Shown: one piece after another, positions 46,808-49,035 of the stretch
Layout: each line of letters starts with the position of its first letter
How positions within the stretch are numbered: the stretch's first letter is position 1
Origin: a virus
Taxonomy: Duplodnaviria > Caudoviricetes
IMG/VR virus record: IMGVR_UViG_3300025646_000063
Coordinates: 1-49,035 of that record
DNA: 49,035 bases
Reading direction: 5' to 3' (one strand)
Made by a program: the position numbers and the translations under genes
Notes under the pieces: model-generated
The model's database searches: none
Told to the model about the DNA's origin: nothing
Seen by the model: the letters and a program-made list of their open reading frames with translations, nothing else

Positions 46808-47017
46808 ATGCAAACAGTAGGCGAAGCCGCCGAGGCCAGATACGCTGGCCTGACTTATGACCATGCCCTGCCGCAGGGCTGGGTAGATCAGTGCTGTGAC
46901 AAAGGCCTTGATCCGCGAGGCCATTTCGTTTGGCTTTACGACGATTACGTTGGAAGGCCTGCCCCTATCACTGACGAGGGGGACCGCATTGTGTCCCTGC
47001 TCGCCCGTGATCCGTAG
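46808..47017 (+). CDS. Hypothetical early protein (frame open from 46679)
   Basis: GAGGG RBS before ATG at 46808; followed by a terminator. Confidence 0.5.
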   Translation: MQTVGEAAEARYAGLTYDHALPQGWVDQCCDKGLDPRGHFVWLYDDYVGRPAPITDEGDRIVSLLARDP

Positions 47018-47034
47018 GCGCTAGCACCTACGCC

Positions 47035-47058
47035 AAGCCGCCTTCGGGCGGCTTTTTT
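47035..47058 (+). terminator. Rho-independent terminator
   Basis: AAGCCGCC-TTCG-GGCGGCTT-TTTT. Confidence 0.9.
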
Positions 47059-47085
47059 GTGCCCAAAGAAATTTTAAAAAGAGCA

Positions 47086-47155
47086 TTGCAGGGCGGGGCG
47101 GCGTATGCGATAGTTCGGGTGCGGCAATCCTGCCGCATACTTTGGGAGATATACC
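47086..47155 (+). promoter_or_regulatory. Early cassette 1 leader (promoter, hairpin, CTTTGGGAG RBS)
   Basis: TTGCAG - 17 bp - GATAGT within TATGCGATAG; GTGCGGCA/TGCCGCAT hairpin; ACTTTGGGAG. Confidence 0.65.
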
Positions 47156-48295
47156 ATGCAACATTCGATTGAAAATTCAGACCACACCCTGACCCGCTTG
47201 CTTCAACAGGTACAGGACCAAGCCGCCAGATCGCAGGACTTTCTGGCACCGACTAACCAGCTTCAACTTATAACCGGTGATCGGGGTGACGGTAGCAAGG
47301 TCAGCCAGATTGTTCTGGAGCAATCAGGCGGGATGCCCACTCAGATCCTGACCGCTAATGATGTGGCGTTTGATCAGATCAGCCAGCGGGCCGGTATTGA
47401 TGTCCGGACTGCCCGCCGCTTACAGCAGGATTACTCCACCGAATTCGATGGATTGATCAACGCTATCTGGCAAAAGGAACCGGCGGTGCGAATGATCCGC
47501 ACGTTTCAACACGCGACCCATGCCAATCTTGGGGAGGCGAGGGGCTTTTTGAGCGATAAGTTTAAGACCTTCGACAATGTTCATTTGTTGCAGTCGGCCC
47601 TGCCGGAACTGCTGGATAGCGATGCCCAGTGGAAAGTGGTTAACGGGACCGTGACTGACAAGCGCCTGTACCTCCGCCTCAAATCCGAAGTGATCACGGG
47701 CGAGGGCGCGGCGGTTGGCGACATCATGGCGCTGGGCATTGGTATGAGTAACAGCGAAGTCGGTTGCGGTAGCGTGAACGTGTACCAAATGTTCTGGACG
47801 CTGGCCTGCCTAAACGGATTGCAGACTGAAAAGCGCCATCGCAAGTCGCACATCACCGGCGCGCGTGGCGATGCTGATACGTGGGGCCTGCTGACAGATG
47901 AAGCAAAGGATGCGGATAATCACGCGCTGGCGCTTCAAATGCGGGATGTGACCAAGGCCTACGCTAGCCGCGAGTCATTCGAGGAAGTGCTGGAAAAAAT
48001 GAAAACCGCGCATCAGGACAAAGTCGAGGGTTCGCCGCAGTCCGCAGTCGAGGCCATGGGCAAAGTGCTGGCGCTGACCAAAAAGGATACCGCTAGCCTG
48101 ATGGACGGCTTGCTCGCCACTATCGGGCAGGCGGGCTATGCCGGTCAGCCAGTAACCCGCGCCACCATGGTGAACGCGGTGACAGCGGTAGCGCATCAGG
48201 CGGACGCGGATAGCGTGGACGATTGGCAGAAGCTGGGCGGGCGCGTGTTGGATTTGCCCCGTTCCGATTGGCAACGCGTGGCGATGGCCGCATAA
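47156..48295 (+). CDS. DUF932/DUF945-family phage/plasmid protein
   Basis: R.FLSD.F...DN, SNSEVG.GS, L.CLNG motifs. Confidence 0.75.
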   Translation: MQHSIENSDHTLTRLLQQVQDQAARSQDFLAPTNQLQLITGDRGDGSKVSQIVLEQSGGMPTQILTANDVAFDQISQRAGIDVRTARRLQQDYSTEFDGLINAIWQKEPAVRMIRTFQHATHANLGEARGFLSDKFKTFDNVHLLQSALPELLDSDAQWKVVNGTVTDKRLYLRLKSEVITGEGAAVGDIMALGIGMSNSEVGCGSVNVYQMFWTLACLNGLQTEKRHRKSHITGARGDADTWGLLTDEAKDADNHALALQMRDVTKAYASRESFEEVLEKMKTAHQDKVEGSPQSAVEAMGKVLALTKKDTASLMDGLLATIGQAGYAGQPVTRATMVNAVTAVAHQADADSVDDWQKLGGRVLDLPRSDWQRVAMAA

Positions 48296-48314
48296 CCTAC
48301 ACTCCCCAAAGTGT

Positions 48315-48340
48315 GCCCCGCTTCGGCGGGGCTTTTTTTT
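48315..48340 (+). terminator. Rho-independent terminator
   Basis: GCCCCGC-TTCG-GCGGGGC-T8. Confidence 0.9.
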
Positions 48341-48404
48341 GCCTGCGGGATATGCGATAGTCCGACTGCCGCAATGTTGCGGCGAAGCTTTGGGAGACTT
48401 TGTT

Positions 48405-48788
48405 ATGGCAACACTTAATTTGGATTTGCGTGATCTTGATATCGAAGCGGAAGAAATTTCGCTAATGAGTTGGGAAGCGCCCGCGATGCTGGAATCCAGC
48501 GGAATCACTCCGGAAGATCTGCACGGGGAATGGATGGCGATGGATCTTTACATTCGCGAGGATTGCGAAGCGTCATTCGACTTTGATCGCGTGGCGCAGT
48601 GGATCGCGGAGGGTGAGTTATCGGACGGGGAATTGCGGGATCTATCCTTTCGTATCGCTCGCGAATTTGTAAGCCGATTGGATAACGTCCGCCACTGTGC
48701 GGACCGGTATCTAGAAACCAACCGCCAAAATGTGGAGCGCATCCGCGAATTAGAGCGCGCCGCCGCACCGGATGCCGCGACAGCGTAG
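48405..48788 (+). CDS. Hypothetical acidic early protein
   Basis: CTTTGGGAG RBS, ATG at 48405; own leader and terminator. Confidence 0.65.
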   Translation: MATLNLDLRDLDIEAEEISLMSWEAPAMLESSGITPEDLHGEWMAMDLYIREDCEASFDFDRVAQWIAEGELSDGELRDLSFRIAREFVSRLDNVRHCADRYLETNRQNVERIRELERAAAPDAATA

Positions 48789-48804
48789 GCAACCCCGCCC
48801 CGAT

Positions 48805-48831
48805 AGCCCGCCATTCGGCGGGCTTTTTTTT
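48805..48831 (+). terminator. Rho-independent terminator
   Basis: AGCCCGCC-ATTC-GGCGGGCT followed by a T run. Confidence 0.9.
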
Positions 48832-48893
48832 GCCTAGCGTATGCGATACCCTAAGCGGGCCGCGATTGGCGGTGACACTTTGGGAAACTGATT

Positions 48894-49035
48894 ATGCAAT
48901 TACTCGACACGCGGGGCGCAAACCCCAAATTGAAAAAAACGGCGGAGCTGGGGAACGTGTTCGGCTCATTTCGTTACGCGGGCTTATCGCTTTATCCTGA
49001 CGCGGAATTGTGCCCAGCATCTAAGGCGGCGGGGT
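48894..49035 (+). CDS. Early protein, 3'-truncated (possibly GP88-like, Cys-containing)
   Basis: MQLLDTRGANPKLKKT...AGLSLYPDAELCPASKAAG; CACTTTGGGA RBS. Confidence 0.55.
   Translation, partial: MQLLDTRGANPKLKKTAELGNVFGSFRYAGLSLYPDAELCPASKAAG

Noticed and set aside
46679-47017. Single 112-aa protein as given in the ORF track
   Set aside because: An internal RBS and ATG at 46808 suggests a shorter gene; the upstream part may be a fused remnant and cannot be resolved
1-49035. tRNA genes, integrase/att sites, phage RNA polymerase, alternative genetic code
   Set aside because: None recognised by eye; genes are intact under the standard code with all three stop codons in use

Overview
The window is most of the genome of a tailed dsDNA phage (roughly 50% GC by eye), probably a marine podovirus. 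Its gene set and order resemble HTVC023P/CRP-901-type phages; that assignment is from memory and is not verified by a search. Layout: lysis cassette (1-665); GroES, scaffold, major capsid and small virion proteins (0.7-9.9 kb); tail fibre/spike block with three paralogous beta-propeller proteins (9.9-19.4 kb); tail nozzle and DNA-ejection proteins (19.4-31.2 kb); a divergent SNF2 helicase; a replication operon with SSB-like protein, AEP primase, UvrD helicase and a Leu762-type PolA (32.7-39.2 kb); accessory genes including a secreted metzincin protease, a Cas4-like nuclease and an HNH-like nuclease (39.2-44.7 kb); a ~260 bp palindromic origin-like element; TerS and a resolvase; and a set of repeated early-gene expression cassettes (46.1-49 kb). 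No terminase large subunit, portal, RNA polymerase, integrase, tRNA or CRISPR array was seen. The strongest unexplained signals are non-coding. (1) A putative ~110 nt sRNA with its own promoter and terminator (41496-41605) carries a seed complementary to an unusual RBS (CTTTGGGA) shared by three early-gene cassettes. (2) A strand-biased tandem heptamer CACGG-NN-CACGG recurs across the genome. (3) A TATRNGAKW motif overlaps most predicted promoters. All product calls come from motif recognition by eye.
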